Below are positions 1-13,200 of a DNA stretch of 64,000 bases, piece by piece. Origin of the DNA: Marsupella aquatica (taxonomy: Eukaryota > Plantae > Marchantiophyta). Made by a program: the position numbers and the translations under genes. The stretch spans positions 29,208,932-29,272,931 of the forward strand of contig OZ316892.1 of the NCBI GenBank assembly GCA_973895155.1, in the 5' to 3' direction. The notes under the pieces are model-generated. The model saw only the letters and a program-made list of their open reading frames with translations. It was not told the origin of the DNA and did not search any database. Within the stretch, counting starts at the first letter, position 1, and each line of letters opens with the position of its first letter.

Positions 1-1079
1 AACTCTCATTTCCTTGCATGATGTAGATTCTCCAATAAATTGTACTTTATGATGTTATTTGTTTTATTATTAAATGTAGTTTTCTTCATTATGTAGAGAT
101 TAATAATTCTAATAAATTGAACAAAATTAGGTTGGATGGAAGATAAGTGATGTTGTATTCAATGTTTGGGCGCTTGTGCAGATTGATTGGAGGTTTGACT
201 CATGACTCTTTTGGTGTGCATATATTGGGAAGATTATAGTGAGGTTTACAACATACTTCACACTAGGTGTGAGGAGAGTTTACAGGAGACATTGAAGCTT
301 GGAGGCGGACATCAAGTGGTAGACTGAGTATTTTTTGTATGGCTCTCATAGTGTGACCAGGTAGGTTTGTATAATTGCGTGTTTTGTTTGATGTTTACAA
401 TTTGTATGGATTTTATGAGTTGGGAAGTGGCACAATGTCCTTTCAATTCAATTCTTGAGCTCATTGACCCTTTCTTGAGATGAACATTTTCTTCTTGGTT
501 GCTAGAGAAGCTTGGGAGAGTTTACAAATTATTTGGCAATCAATAGCAAACTCAACTTTATTACAACACTTGAAATACATGTTTGATTTCTTTCTCTTCT
601 CTCTATATGGTTAACAGTTGTGATTGCTAATATTTTTGTGTGATAAACAAATATCAAAAATTTATGTAGTTCCAAGATTTCACCTCTAGTAGATTGATTT
701 GTGATAATTATTTGTAAATAAAAGAAAGTATAAAGTTCTAATTTTCAACATTCTGATATTTAGGTCTAAACTTAGTGTACTGTTTGACCAGAAAATTGGA
801 GCTTCATATTTGACTTGTAAAATAATGTTTTCTCAAATCTTAACATTTGAATAAAGAAAATGTAAACACTAATACTCTATCTAGGGAGCTTTGCTACAAA
901 GAAAAGCATAGGAAAACTTAAGTTTGAGAGTTATTTCCTTTTGTTCCTTTTCCAATAGAAATAGCAGAAACAAGATCAACATTTGATAATACTCTTAACA
1001 TAACAAGGCATTACCTTAAAAATCAAGAAGATAACAAGTTAAGGCATTGTGCTACACAATTCACAAGTGTATTTTTTTA

Positions 1080-1795
1080 CCCCAATTGTAATTTGAAAAC
1101 TAATAAGGCTACAAGTAAAGACATTATGGTGCACACATCCGCAAGGGTCGGTGTACTGTTTGACCCCAATTGTAATTCTAAGATTAATAAGGTTACAAGT
1201 TAAGGCATTCTGGTGCACAAATCCGCAAGGGTCGGTGTACTGTTTGACCCCAATATATTGTAACTTTGAAATTGATAAGGTTACAAGTTAAGGCATTCTG
1301 GTGCACACATCCGCAAGGGTCGGTGTACTGTTTGACCCCAATTGTAATTCTAAGATTAATAAGGTTACAAGTTAAGGCAATCTGGTGCACACATTTGCAA
1401 GGGTCGGTGTGCTGTTTGACCCCAATTGTAACTTTGAAATTGATAAGCTTACAAGTTAAGGCATTCTGGTGCACACATCCGCAAGGGTTGGAGTATTGTT
1501 TGACCCCAATTGTAATTCTAAGATTAATAAGGTTACAAGTTAAGGCATTCTAGTGCACAAATCCGCAAGGGTCAGTGTACTGTTTGACCCCAATTGTAAC
1601 TTTGAAATTGATAAGGTTACAAGTTAAGGCATTTTGGTGCACACATCCTCAAGGGTCGGTGTACTATTTGCCCCCAATTGTAACTTTGAAATTGATAAGG
1701 TTAAAAGTTAAGGCATATTGGTGCACACATCCGCAAGGGTCGGTGTACTGTTTGACCCCAATTGTAACTTTAAAATTCATAAGGTTGCAAATTAA
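1080..1795. repeat. 84-bp tandem satellite, about 8.5 units, two alternating variants
   Basis: CCCCAAT anchors at 1080, 1164, 1248, 1336, 1420, 1504, 1588, 1672 and 1756. One unit has a 4-bp insertion. Variants AATTCTAAGATTAATAAGG (A) and AACTTTGAAATTGATAAGG (B) run A,B,A,B,A,B,B,B. Confidence 0.95.
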
Positions 1796-3284
1796 AGTTC
1801 TTTCAGATAGATTTTAGTTTCTTGACATTGATTTAGTTAGCTTAGTCAAAGTAGGCGTAAAGTAACTAAGATGGGTTTAAGACAAATTTGGAAAATCAAT
1901 TCATTTTTAACTCACAAATTGGAGAGCTCAAAGTGTAGCTTTCCCTATAGATTCCCCTAGCTTTCCTCTATCTTGTAGAGAATTTTCAGCCCATTTGGTT
2001 GAGTACAACCAAAATAATTGAAATTTTTTAGAGATCCAAGTTGATTCTGGCTTCAACTTAGTTGGCCCATAATACTAACACATATTTAATTACGTTTTAC
2101 CAGTTTTTGAGTGACACACAACTAGCACATGTTTGACATGCGTTACAACTCTCACACGCACCACCATTCTTGCATGTGTTTCCATTTTCACACGCATAAC
2201 AATTCTTACACGAGTGAGTTTCTTGTGCATCAATCCACGTCTCACAATTCTCATCATTGATCAATAAACATCAATGGTTAAGATTGACTTATTGTCTTAA
2301 TTTATTGCCCAAAATACTATGCAAGTTTCTGTTTAAATTTGGTATCAAAGAATGTGTATCATTCCTGCACATGAACCAGACCTTTTCTTCACACTTACCA
2401 CACGAGCGTCTTCAACCGTCACACGAGTGTTAAGGCACGTTGCACAATCTCCACCATTGATAAGTAAAATCCAACGGATGTGAATTAATTGTTGACATGG
2501 AATTTTCTATGAATTTTAAAATTTTCAAGAGTTTCTAACTGGACCCGTAATAAAGCCACTGGCAAAATATGAATGGAGCAGAATCCTTCTTGATATTCCT
2601 CATCACTTTAGCAAGTAGAGTACTTCCTTTTGATGTAGTCATTGTACTTACAAATACACTCTTTATCTAATCCCTCCCTGGCCATGTCTTATTTGTATTG
2701 ACCATGCCCCAATGTACATCTCATGTTCATGCAATGCAAGGAGAGTGTGTACACCCATTCCCCTTGGTATTCATATGAATGAAATTATTTTATAAAAAAA
2801 AATATACTTGGAAAAATTCAATATATATTTGGATGAGATAACATGGGGTTGGGGGCCAAAGCACTCTTGGCCAGGGTGACAGGGTTTAGGGATACATATA
2901 TATAAAGGGACAACCACATTTGACAACATCAAAAACTATAATAAGGCGTTGCGTTTTTTTTTTGCCATGGTCATCATTTGAATTTACAGGGCCATTTTGG
3001 GTGAAAGAAATTCAATATGGAAAAAAACCAAAGCAATAGCGACCAAAAATGGCCCTCACACCAGCTGCTGAGGTTAACTGCCGTCTGATCGCGGCGACAG
3101 CACCGAGCCGAGGCAAGTAAAATGTCATGTGGCCAGCATCTACTACGAGCGGGGTGACCGTCGACTTCCGCACTCTTGCGGTCAATCTCCCACCACCCTC
3201 CTTCCCGGCCCCAATGACCCGGGCCGTCCTTGCCTCGCCCCACTCCCTCCCTCTTCCCTTCTCCCTTGCCTGACTCTTTTTAGT

Positions 3285-3679
3285 TGACATCTTTTTACTT
3301 GACAACATCTTTCACATAACAACTTTTTTGGTGACACAACTTCTTTGTTTTAATGACATCTTTTTACTTGATGACATTGTTTACATAATGACTACTTTGG
3401 CGACACAACTTCTTTTCTTAATGACATCGTTTACATAACAACATCATTGGCAACACGACCCCAGACATGACCTCTATTTTCTTAATGACATCTTGGGCCA
3501 ACACGACATCTTTTGTCTTAACGACATCTTGGCCAACACGACATTTTTTTTCTCAACGACATCTTGGCCAATAGGACATCTATTTTCTTAACAACATCTT
3601 GGCCGACACAACATCTTTTTTCTCAATGACGTCTTGGCTGACACGACATCTTTTGTGCAATGCACGGGTATTGAGCTAG
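3285..3679 (+). mobile_element. Non-autonomous Helitron-like element, 3' end with GACATC-rich minisatellite body
   Basis: Degenerate ACGACATCTTGG repeats end in GTGCAATGCACGGGTATTGAGCTAG|T (3655-3680), a short hairpin followed by CTAG and a host T. This is the canonical Helitron 3' terminus. The 5' end was not identified. Confidence 0.75.
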
Positions 3680-4061
3680 TATATTAAGAAGATAGAGAGA
3701 ATGAATACATTTTATTTTAAATTAAAATAAGTGAGATTCTTTTTGAGTGTTGGTCCGGCCCACAGTTTGAACACATTTCCATACCACGAGAAAACTAATT
3801 GTCCTTTTAGATCAGTGAGTGTTAGTCCTTTGATGAATGCTACCGCTGCTATTTGATGTGCAGCTAGCTACTATGAGTGGTTTGTCTTGCATGTAGCTCG
3901 CCCTATAGAACTTGCTCTCCTTCAATGTCTTGGATAAAGCCTTGAGCAAAGGACAACAGGATCCACTTGTCTCTGTTTGTCAAAGGTCAGGATTGCAAGG
4001 GCTGAAAGATTTGCAAATCTTGGCCCCGGTTTTTCGCTTAAGAAGCCATCAAGGCCTCGGG

Positions 4062-7000
4062 GGCCTCAATCCAAGGGGTGTCCCATATCACGCTCAAAGT
4101 TTGGGGGGAAATTTTGAGAATTATAAGAATCATAGGGTTTTTAAAAATCAAATATGGGAATATTCTTGGAATATTCTATTAAGTTAGGGGTATATTCTTA
4201 TAATTCTCAAAATTGGATTAAAATAACCCTAATGTTCTTCAACAAAAATTTAAAAGTATTTCACTAAACCCAATAAAAAAACCCTATACTTATTCGCGCG
4301 TGATGGGTCGGAAGAAAAGAAGTGAGCCCGGGATCAAGGCTAACAGTTGAGGTTTTTCAGGCATGCTTTTCTCCTTAAATAATATGGTGCAAGAATTGTA
4401 CATCAGTTTAGCGCTACAAATTGGAGGGCCGCATACATGCCTAGTAGCTCTTAAGGTTATTTTTTTGGCCGCCAGGGTGGTGAATGTCACCTTGTGTGAA
4501 GGATAAGATGCTACTATTATTCTTTATTTTATTAACCCTAAATTCAGGAAACCCCTCTAGAGTTAAGGATAACCGGCAGGCTAATGGGTCTGCAACTAGG
4601 TGGGAAACTGGCTCTTGGAATACAAAAACCTAGCAAAGACTTTTCAGAGAGATGAAATCTAACAATGTTTTGCTGCTAAAAGAACATTTGTTAAACATTT
4701 TGCTAATTCTGGACGACGGTTCCTGGAAAACTCATTAATGACTCTTGAGAGGACCCACCAAGGGCCCACTCACTCCTATTCCCATAGAACAAATAAATTT
4801 GGTAAAATACCTTTCTTGTTCAGTAACTTTTCAAACAGAGTTCTCAAAAGGCAATTGACAAAAACCCATAGTTCCTTGACGGAACTGAACCCCCATCTCT
4901 TAACCCAACCCAGCACAAACCCATCCGTTCACAGTCTAACCCACAGTAAACCCAGGACGGACACCATGGTTGTGATTGCCATGGTTGTGGTCACTGCAAC
5001 AGTGCACCACTGGTTGTCGCCCTTCTTGAAGACATCCCCTGAGATGTCTTCATTCAAACTTTGTTGAATACATGCAACACTATGTCTTTGTTCAAACAAT
5101 GCAAAATGAAAAAGCGGACGCAGTTTTGGTGGCATCATTTGTCAGTTCCGCAACATTTTGATCCGTTGGCCGCATCTCCTCTTGGGTTTTCTGAATCGCA
5201 GTTGTTCACGAGGTTGATTTTAGGAGACAGTGGAGCTTGAGAAAACTTCTTTGAATGACTATGTGATCCTTTGATTGGAACTGATTGTTAGCACCGAGAT
5301 GCAGCTGACAGTTGTACAATGCAGTTGACAGTTGTGAGGCCAATCACGCCGTCTGCCCTTACGCCATGGTCGGGCGCTCTCTTACCTCTGTACTCGTTTA
5401 GAATGTACTCAAGCTTGCACTTCTACTAACATGCTTGCCTGAAAGCTTATTCTTCCATGGTACATCCTCGCTCTTGGTTAATGCTCGTGAATCCATCTTT
5501 AATTCTGTCCAGACTTGGTACAGAAAGCTTGAAGTGTAGCATTGAAACTCATTTTGTGTCCTGTAAGGACATGGAAGACATATCAGCCTTTGTCTTGGGA
5601 TTGACCTGTGAGTTTGGCCCTAAGGCCTTTGTCTAAAAAAGAAATTTTCTCAAAGATTTAATTTGGACTGATTTACCATCCATAGCACATTTTTGATAAA
5701 AAAAACTAATACATCAAATTTAGAGTAGCTCAAATTAATTTGTAGGATCTCATAGTACGCTCCATGCACAACCATTAGCACTAGCCAAATCCAGGCTCTA
5801 TCAAGCTGAAGTGAAGCTCCTCCCTCCTGAACTCCTATTGCAGAATACTTAGACTGGGTATTTGACCGTCAGCATTGTGCTACGTTGAAAGAGGCTACTT
5901 AATCCTAGCAAAAGCATCTGCTTCGAGATGTGGTATTCTTCTCTTAGAAATGATGCTATTTTACCAGCCTCCTCCAATTAAATCCATGTGAGGAAGTGGT
6001 GGTGGAATCATCGAGAACACGGAAGAGGGACTAGCTATCTCTCGTACTTGACTTCCAGGTTCATGTAAATTGCTTAAGGGGAAAAATGAAGTTGCCGCAG
6101 AATAGTATATCGTTCCGGTCCAGAATGATCTCGAAGAATGCCTTTTGAAAGAAGACATGCCACTGAATGTCTTCAAAAAGTGCACATAACGATCTTGAAA
6201 TCACCTTGGGCGACTACGCGATTGCCGTTTGGGTTAATGGAGGGTTAGCAGGACAGAAGTGAGTTTGGTTCACTCAAGTTCCTCCACATTCAGTCTGTTG
6301 CTCATGGAGGAGAGGGCACATCAGTCTGTTGCTCATGGAGGAGAGGACAGAAAGCGAAATGAATTCACTCAAGTGAATAGGTGATGTGATAAGAGAATAT
6401 AAGAGATGGGACTGGGCCCTTGGTGGGACCTCTATAGAGCCATAAATGCGTTCTCCAGGAACCGTAGTCCAGAATTTTTGCTAGATATAACTCTGGCAGT
6501 CAAATTAGAATTAAGAATCAATCAATGAAGACAAGATTGCAAAAGAAATGAAAAAATTTTGTCCAGGAAAAAACCAGACTATAATTGCAAAAGAATAAGA
6601 AAACCCATAGATCAAAAAATGCTTTACAAGTTACATGCACTTTTGGTCTTGGCTCTTTGCTTTGGTTAGTTCCGATATCTGCCCTGCAGCGTCACTTGCC
6701 ATGAATATTAGTTGGGTTCAATGTCCCTTAATGTTGATGGTGAAGTATCTAAAATTCAGTGAGACAACAAAACCCGGCCTCATAAAGGTATCTCCAATCG
6801 TCTTTTCCTGTCATTTTGTTTGTCCTCTATGAATGGGAACCTTTAAGTTGTGGGCCCACTCATTACGTGCCTCCACATACCAAACAGAGAACGTATTGTG
6901 TGCTTTTATGCAACGAGCACTTATACAACTTAATAAGGAAAATATTTAATTTGAATACATCTTGAGAAATGTTTGCAATTATGGTACATCTGAGTCATGC

Positions 7001-7808
7001 TGGTTTATGAGGGGTTGAATGTATCTTCAGCAATGTTCACAATGGTCCATCTGAGTTCTGGTAGTTTATCTGGGATTATTCGGCTGAAGACTAATAAATA
7101 AGCTCAAGTGGACCTTAGCAAAAACCCTAATTTTGCTCAATCATCTTTGCAAAGTAATAACCCTCTCAACTCTTAATGAAGTTGACGGAAAGATATTTGC
7201 AAACCGGTTCTTCAAAACAGCAAAGGACTAGCCACTTTGGTTCCACAACAAGGGAGATATTGAATGGAACATTTTCTGGGCAGTGGGAAGCTTGTCGGCA
7301 AGTGAGAATGTAAGGGCGTCTTCCTGGATTACAGCCCATAATTAATCCTCTCCAGGCCATGATTGTCTAGACATGGCTTACCTGACACATGAGCTCAGTC
7401 CATTGCCTGGGGCATCTTCTTAGTGGAAGAGAGATGACAAGACAAGCATCTTCATAGTAAGTTTACCGCAATGCTAAGCTACTTTGAAGGCCTATGTCTA
7501 GATTGAAGCCGGTGACCATGACCTAGGGACCTGGGGTCGTCGCTTCTTTTCTTCCAACCCATCATGCGCGAATAAGTATAGGGTTTTTTTTATTGGGTTT
7601 AGTGAAGAACATTAGGGTTATTCTAATCCATTTTTGAAAATGATAAGAATCATAGTGTTTTTTTAAATCAAAGTTGGGAATATTCTTGGAATATTCTATT
7701 AAGTTAGGGGTAAAAAAATTCTTGAAAAAAAATTATTGACTTAACTTTTAGGGTGTTTATTCACCCAAAACTTCGCGCGTGATATGAGACACCCCTTGGA
7801 TTGAGGCC
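4062..7808. mobile_element. Element with about 260-bp terminal inverted repeats (probable DNA transposon derivative)
   Basis: GGCCTCAATCCAAGGGGTGTCCCATATCACGC at 4062 is the near reverse complement of GCGTGATATGAGACACCCCTTGGATTGAGGCC ending at 7808. 4215-4322 is also inverted relative to about 7543-7635. No TSD or transposase ORF was seen. Confidence 0.7.
4706..6475. mobile_element. Nested TIR element with 8-bp TSD (hAT- or Mutator-type, non-autonomous)
   Basis: About 70-bp imperfect TIRs, ATTCTGGACGACGGTTCCTGGA... and ...TCCAGGAACCGTAGTCCAGAAT, flanked by TTTTGCTA at 4698-4705 and 6476-6483. Confidence 0.8.
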
Positions 7809-8428
7809 TAGGAGGTGATAATAGAATTAGGGGCGGGGGTGAAAAATGGGGATGGGGTGAAGTAGAACATAGGGCTGCATATGAATAGAGTCGATGGATT
7901 AGGAATGCCTGTGAAGAGGGTAGCTGCTGTCATCGAGGGTCGTAACTTTTTTATCCTCACCTCTATTCATGTTCAAAGGATGAGTAGGTGGGCTAGTTAA
8001 TTACAAAAAACACAAGATAAGCTGATCCCACAAGCATAACAATATAATTGCTGCTCGGTTGCATTATTAACAGGATGTCATTCACGGTATCCATTGCTGA
8101 ATAATTGATCATAATTAAGTTCTTTCACAAAGGCGAGTTACAAGCATGTAAACATTTGTTGGAGGCCCTTGCTATTCCCATTATGTGTTGCCTGGAAGTA
8201 ACGCACTATAACGCATGTCTCGGCAGTGTTCTTCTGACTAGGCATCACTCGCCAAGAAGGTAGGGTTTTTTTTTAATTCACTTGCATAGAAAATTTTACA
8301 ATTTTTGTAAATAAAATATAGAGGTGTTTCAATCCAATTTTGAGAATTATAATAATTATATAAGTTTCTTTAACAATTGAGAAAACATTTCTGGAATATT
8401 CTTTGAAAATGAAGGATAAAAAGAAACC

Positions 8429-9446
8429 AAAGCCCGGATGGACCAGGAGGTTGTCTCTCAACATTCCCATGGACTGTGACATATAAACTGAGCATCTTAC
8501 ACCTAATGATGAGAAAATCTAGGTAATAAATGTGCTCATTAGTTATTTACCTACATTTTAATTACATTAGAAGACTCTGTGCACCTCAAAGTGAACTGAA
8601 ATGAAATAAAGGTGTACATCTAGTACTGTATTTGAAATTTTTGAGACCTCTATGACTACAAAGTACTCAAAGAGCTTATAGTAACAAGAGAAAGCACTCT
8701 CTGAAAAATATATATGATTTCTCAACAATACCCTCTTAGATTAAAATCTGAGTTAGCTTTGCTGCAACAAAATAAGTCAAACCCCTCCTTAACACAAGGC
8801 CAACACTCTATGGAAAAAATTATTCCATCTCAAGAGCAATTCTCTATGAGAATCAAAATTTGTGCCCTGTTTTCCTAGTGGAAATTGTTATGTTGGTTCA
8901 CGGGTCATTGTGGTGCTTGTTTCCCCCTATTGTGGGAGTTTTGTGATCTACTATAAACATAAAAATATTCTTGAAAAAAATTGAGTTAATTTTGCTTTTG
9001 CTCATTGAACAAACTACTTGAGTAGCTATGAGTAAATTGTGAAGAGCTTAGTCTACACATAAGTTTATTTACCATAAAGGCCAGATAAGGCCTACAAATA
9101 TCTAAATATACCTTATATATTTTATATTTTTTTATTGAACTCTAAATTTATTTATTTATTGAACTCTAAAAAAATGGTTAAAGTGACTAGCTTGAGGGAA
9201 TAGAATATAACGAGAATACACCAAGCTTGCAAAAAATGATGGACCCTTGGATAGAAATGGACAGACATGGTGCTTTTGACATGATACTTTTGGATAGTTG
9301 GACAGAAGTGATGATCTGACAGAGTATTTTTGTACACAAGTGTAAAATATAGTATCCAAACATGTATGTGTGTTTGAATCAAGTCTATCCAAGTTTGGTT
9401 TATCCATGGGGGCTTCATAGACAACCTATCAGTCCATCTGGGCTTT
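8429..9446. mobile_element. About 1-kb TIR element (MITE-like), same family as 41276-42865
   Basis: The left end AAAGCCCGGATGGACCAGGAGGTTGTCT...CCCATGGA is inverted relative to the right end TCCATGGG...AGACAACCTATCAGTCCATCTGGGCTTT. The interior resembles 41276-42865. Confidence 0.65.
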
Positions 9447-10205
9447 TAGTTAGGATAAAAATTACTTTATTTTATTAAGTTTTAAAGTATTTTCTTAAGT
9501 TTTAAGGTGTGAAAATTTAGTGCCTGGGACAAAACCAACCATTCACATTTTTTTTCACTTTCTGGTCTAACCCCCAGACCATATCTTCATTATCCTCTAA
9601 GTAGGTGTGATAATAGTGGGATTTGGATCACGTCGTTAGGATTTCAGATTGCTCGTGAGGTACGACCATTCCGAGATATCACCCGCAGGGCGACCTGTGT
9701 GTCCAGTATAAGAAGCTCCGACTTCTGTCTGGCAATCCATGCATTCGATGCTCCAATTGGAACACGGATTCCAAATTTCCAATGCCAGCCCTCCAAAGCG
9801 GATCATTGTTCAAGTCGTCGGTCCTCAAAGCGTTGTCGTGCTGATTGTCACGACTCAGTCACTCCCCTAATCCCGGAATGGTCCTCAGATCATCAGTCAG
9901 GCACAGTCCGTCACTCTCGCATCGTCTCCACTCTAGTACTCCTGTCATTGAGAACTGTGGCGAGCCTCTCTAGAGCGACGTTTCCAGACATTTGGAGGGG
10001 AAGATACTTCAGCACATGCATCGGCCGCATCAGCAAATTTCAGGAGCTTACTCTATATATGTAAGATTTCGGTGATTTCGGGTGTTGAGTACTGTATGAC
10101 TGCATGAATTGAGCTTTTAGCAGAGGGAGAGTCTGTCCATAGCTCAGAAGGGAGTTTGGGGACCAGCCGATTTGGCTGGTTGCTGGGCTTTCGGTCGTGG
10201 TTAGT

Positions 10206-13200
10206 ATGGAAGTGGAGAATGTGACCTCGGTGAAGCATGCTGACGAGAAGGGCCTGAGGGAAACGGAAGCGGAGAGAGTGAAGAATGGGGATCATGAGAA
10301 GTGGTCCAATGGCACGGAGGCGCCGAGAGAGAAGGATGCCGATGAGAGGAGGCTCAATGAGCTCGGGTACGTTGCGGTGTACCACCGGGAGATGAGCCCA
10401 TTCCAGCAGTGGGCGTACACGTTCTCTTACACAGCGCCGCTGGGCTTTGTGACTGGATACTATGGCTACATGTATTCGTATGGAGGGCCGGTCACGATTT
10501 TCTGGGGCATGTTGGCGACTTCGTTCGGAACGTTGTGCATGGCTTATGCAATGTCCGAAGTGTGCTCCGCATTCCCGACTCTTGGAAGTGTTTATTACTG
10601 GGTGGCCCAGCTGGTGCCCAAGAAGCATGCGCCTTGGCTCTCGTGGTTCGTGGGCTGGATGTACCTCGTCGGATCCTTCTGCGGTACTGCTCTCAATGAG
10701 TATCTGCTGGCTCAGCTACTTTCCACCATGATTCAGCTGGGATCCGGGGTTAATCTCACCAATAACCAGGTACACTTTGGAACTCTTTCTCTCTCTCTCT
10801 ATATATATATCTCTATCTTCGATATATCCCCGTCAGACTCAAAAAATACATTCATTCGTTGTCGCTGCTGTTATCTTCTTTCATTCCAGGATATCTTGAC
10901 AGTGCATTCATTCATTCTGGTCGACGACAGAAATCAGTTCGGCGAGAGGGAAATCTTCTTCGAATTCGTGATATTCCAGCTGATAGTTTTACGCAGAGTT
11001 TGAAATGTGGTACCCGATTCCGAAGACGCATATATTAACGTAATTTCTAGCAGTCGTGGATTTTGTGAATGTCTCATTTGTGTCCGTCCTGCATTTAGTT
11101 GTGACATTAGATACATATCTGGCAGCCCACACAAGATTTTATGTGGTTCATCTCATGCATATATATATATAGGCTTACATTTGGCTCAGTGCCTGGAGGC
11201 TGAACCATCTCAAATAGACTATGCGTGATGGAACGACGATCTGTGACCACCCAGAGATTTTGTGCTTTCATCCCTACGTACCTTGGAGCGGATAATTGCT
11301 AAATTTCTTCAGTCACTGCCTCGTTCTATTTCTCGTAGCTATTAGCTAGAGGATTTCTGTCCAGAGTTCAAATGGATGTTAACTTCTGGATATTCTTGCC
11401 AATATATATGCAGATTGTGGCACTCACCGCAGGCATATTCTTTCTGCATTTCTGGGTCTCCATTACGAACACTAGGTGGCTCGGGCGCTTAAGCACAATC
11501 GGGGCTTGGTTCCAAATTGTGTCGATTCTAGTCATCGTAGTCACATTGATGGCAGTCGCTCCCAAGTATCAGAGTGCCAAATTCGTCTTCACGCATTTCG
11601 TGCACGCACCAGATTCTGGTGTCAGGAGCGCGGTCATGGTGGTGATTCTGGGCCTGCCATACTTCCAGTCAATTCTCACAGGTTTCGAGGTTGGAACTCA
11701 TGTAGTTGAGGAAGTGCGTACCGCGGCCACATCTGGACCTCGAGCAATGGTGTACACTGTATACACAACAGCTTTCGTGGAGATCATCTTACTCCTGGCC
11801 ATGACCGTCTGCATTCAGGTGCCAGGCAACGTGCTGAGCTCGGACACCCCCACTGGTGAGACTCTAATTATCACCTTGTTTTATGTTCAGGTAGACGATG
11901 GGTTCGACATTAACTCCCTGTAAACGCATCCTTCGTGGGTATGAGTGAAAAACTTTTCGAGAGATAATCCAGGTCCTGTCTGCAGCTGCCTACGTCCAAC
12001 AGACTGTAGCTCAGGATATGGGTTGACATAATTTTTATCTTCTAAATGGCGCGATGATATGGAGGTGACTCTAGCGAGACTTCTAACATACAGGGATTGG
12101 GACACCGGACATGCATGGACATATATAGTTGATTCGTTCTAAAAAATCGGTTTTTCGGTGTCAAAGTATATAAGTCGGCCAAGCAACATGATCTAGTGGG
12201 ATGCTTTAGATTCACTAGGAGATTAAATGTATCTCGTAGACTGAAGGCCAGTCGTTAATTTTGATCGACTTCCACGCTTCTTTCTGAGCATAGGACTTCT
12301 TAAACTCAGAGCTAGAACAATGGGGCACACTTGCTGAATGTTTTACGGTCCATATATGGCCAACGGGGCATTGAAAATTCCTAGGTACGTGGTTCATGTC
12401 AGTTGCAAAGCAGATTCTGGCCGATCAGTTTTGGACACTGTAAACGGTGTACTTAAGTCGCTCATTATAAGATTAATCGTGCAGGTGGAGGAGATGCTTC
12501 TGCTGGAAGCCAGATTTTCTACGACGTGTTCGACGCCAGGTGGGGACATGGAGCTGCTGGTTCGGTCGTTTTCACCGGCCTGGCGGCCATGTCTCTCTTC
12601 TTTGGAAATATCACCAATGTGACTCTCACGGCAAGAATGGTGAGTACTTACCTCTACCCGAGTTCCTTCCTGGTTTGCCTAAGACGGCCCGGAAACCATG
12701 TAAGCATAAATTCTCCGCCACGAAACAGCGATTTCGCTAGATTTCATATTTCGGCTCAAAATTTAAAATAACTGAAATGTAGATGAGTCGATGGTGTCCT
12801 AAGTAGGACGAAAGCCTTGACCCTGTTAGCCGATTCGTCAACATTCTTTCGGAAAGCCTTGCATGTAGTGCAGTGGGCTTGCTTGAAACCTGATCATTCA
12901 TGGAGGAAGCTGACATTGTCAAGGCTTTTGGAAGCTCCTCCATGACGGTGCAAACAAGCCCACTTCTCATGCAAAGCAGCGTTGGGACCTACTAGCATGG
13001 AGTGGTCGGGCCGAAGCAATAGCCTGACCATGTACCTCTGCAGGCAAGATATTCCAGTGAATTCCAAGAAGATCAGGGTCTAGGGTAACTTACAATATAT
13101 TCCAACGAATGTTCTTAGAATGTCGTGAAGCTTGGTATATGTGGCCGTTTGACTGAAAATACCCCGTGAGATATATGTGACTGACTTAGCTGACAATTTC

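Noticed and set aside
1080-1795. CRISPR-like array, or repeat-protein ORFs at 1193-1817
   Set aside because: Units are contiguous with no unique spacers or cas genes in a eukaryotic context. The ORFs exist only because 84 is divisible by 3.
10053-10628. Antisense ORFs over permease and GH31 exons (also 35313-35924 and 53995-55162)
   Set aside because: Shadows of GC-rich coding sequence with no recognisable motifs.
10770-11003. C-terminal part of the 268-aa ORF, and similar overhangs of other permease ORFs
   Set aside because: Read-through into introns (including a CT/AT microsatellite); not conserved in frame in the paralog.
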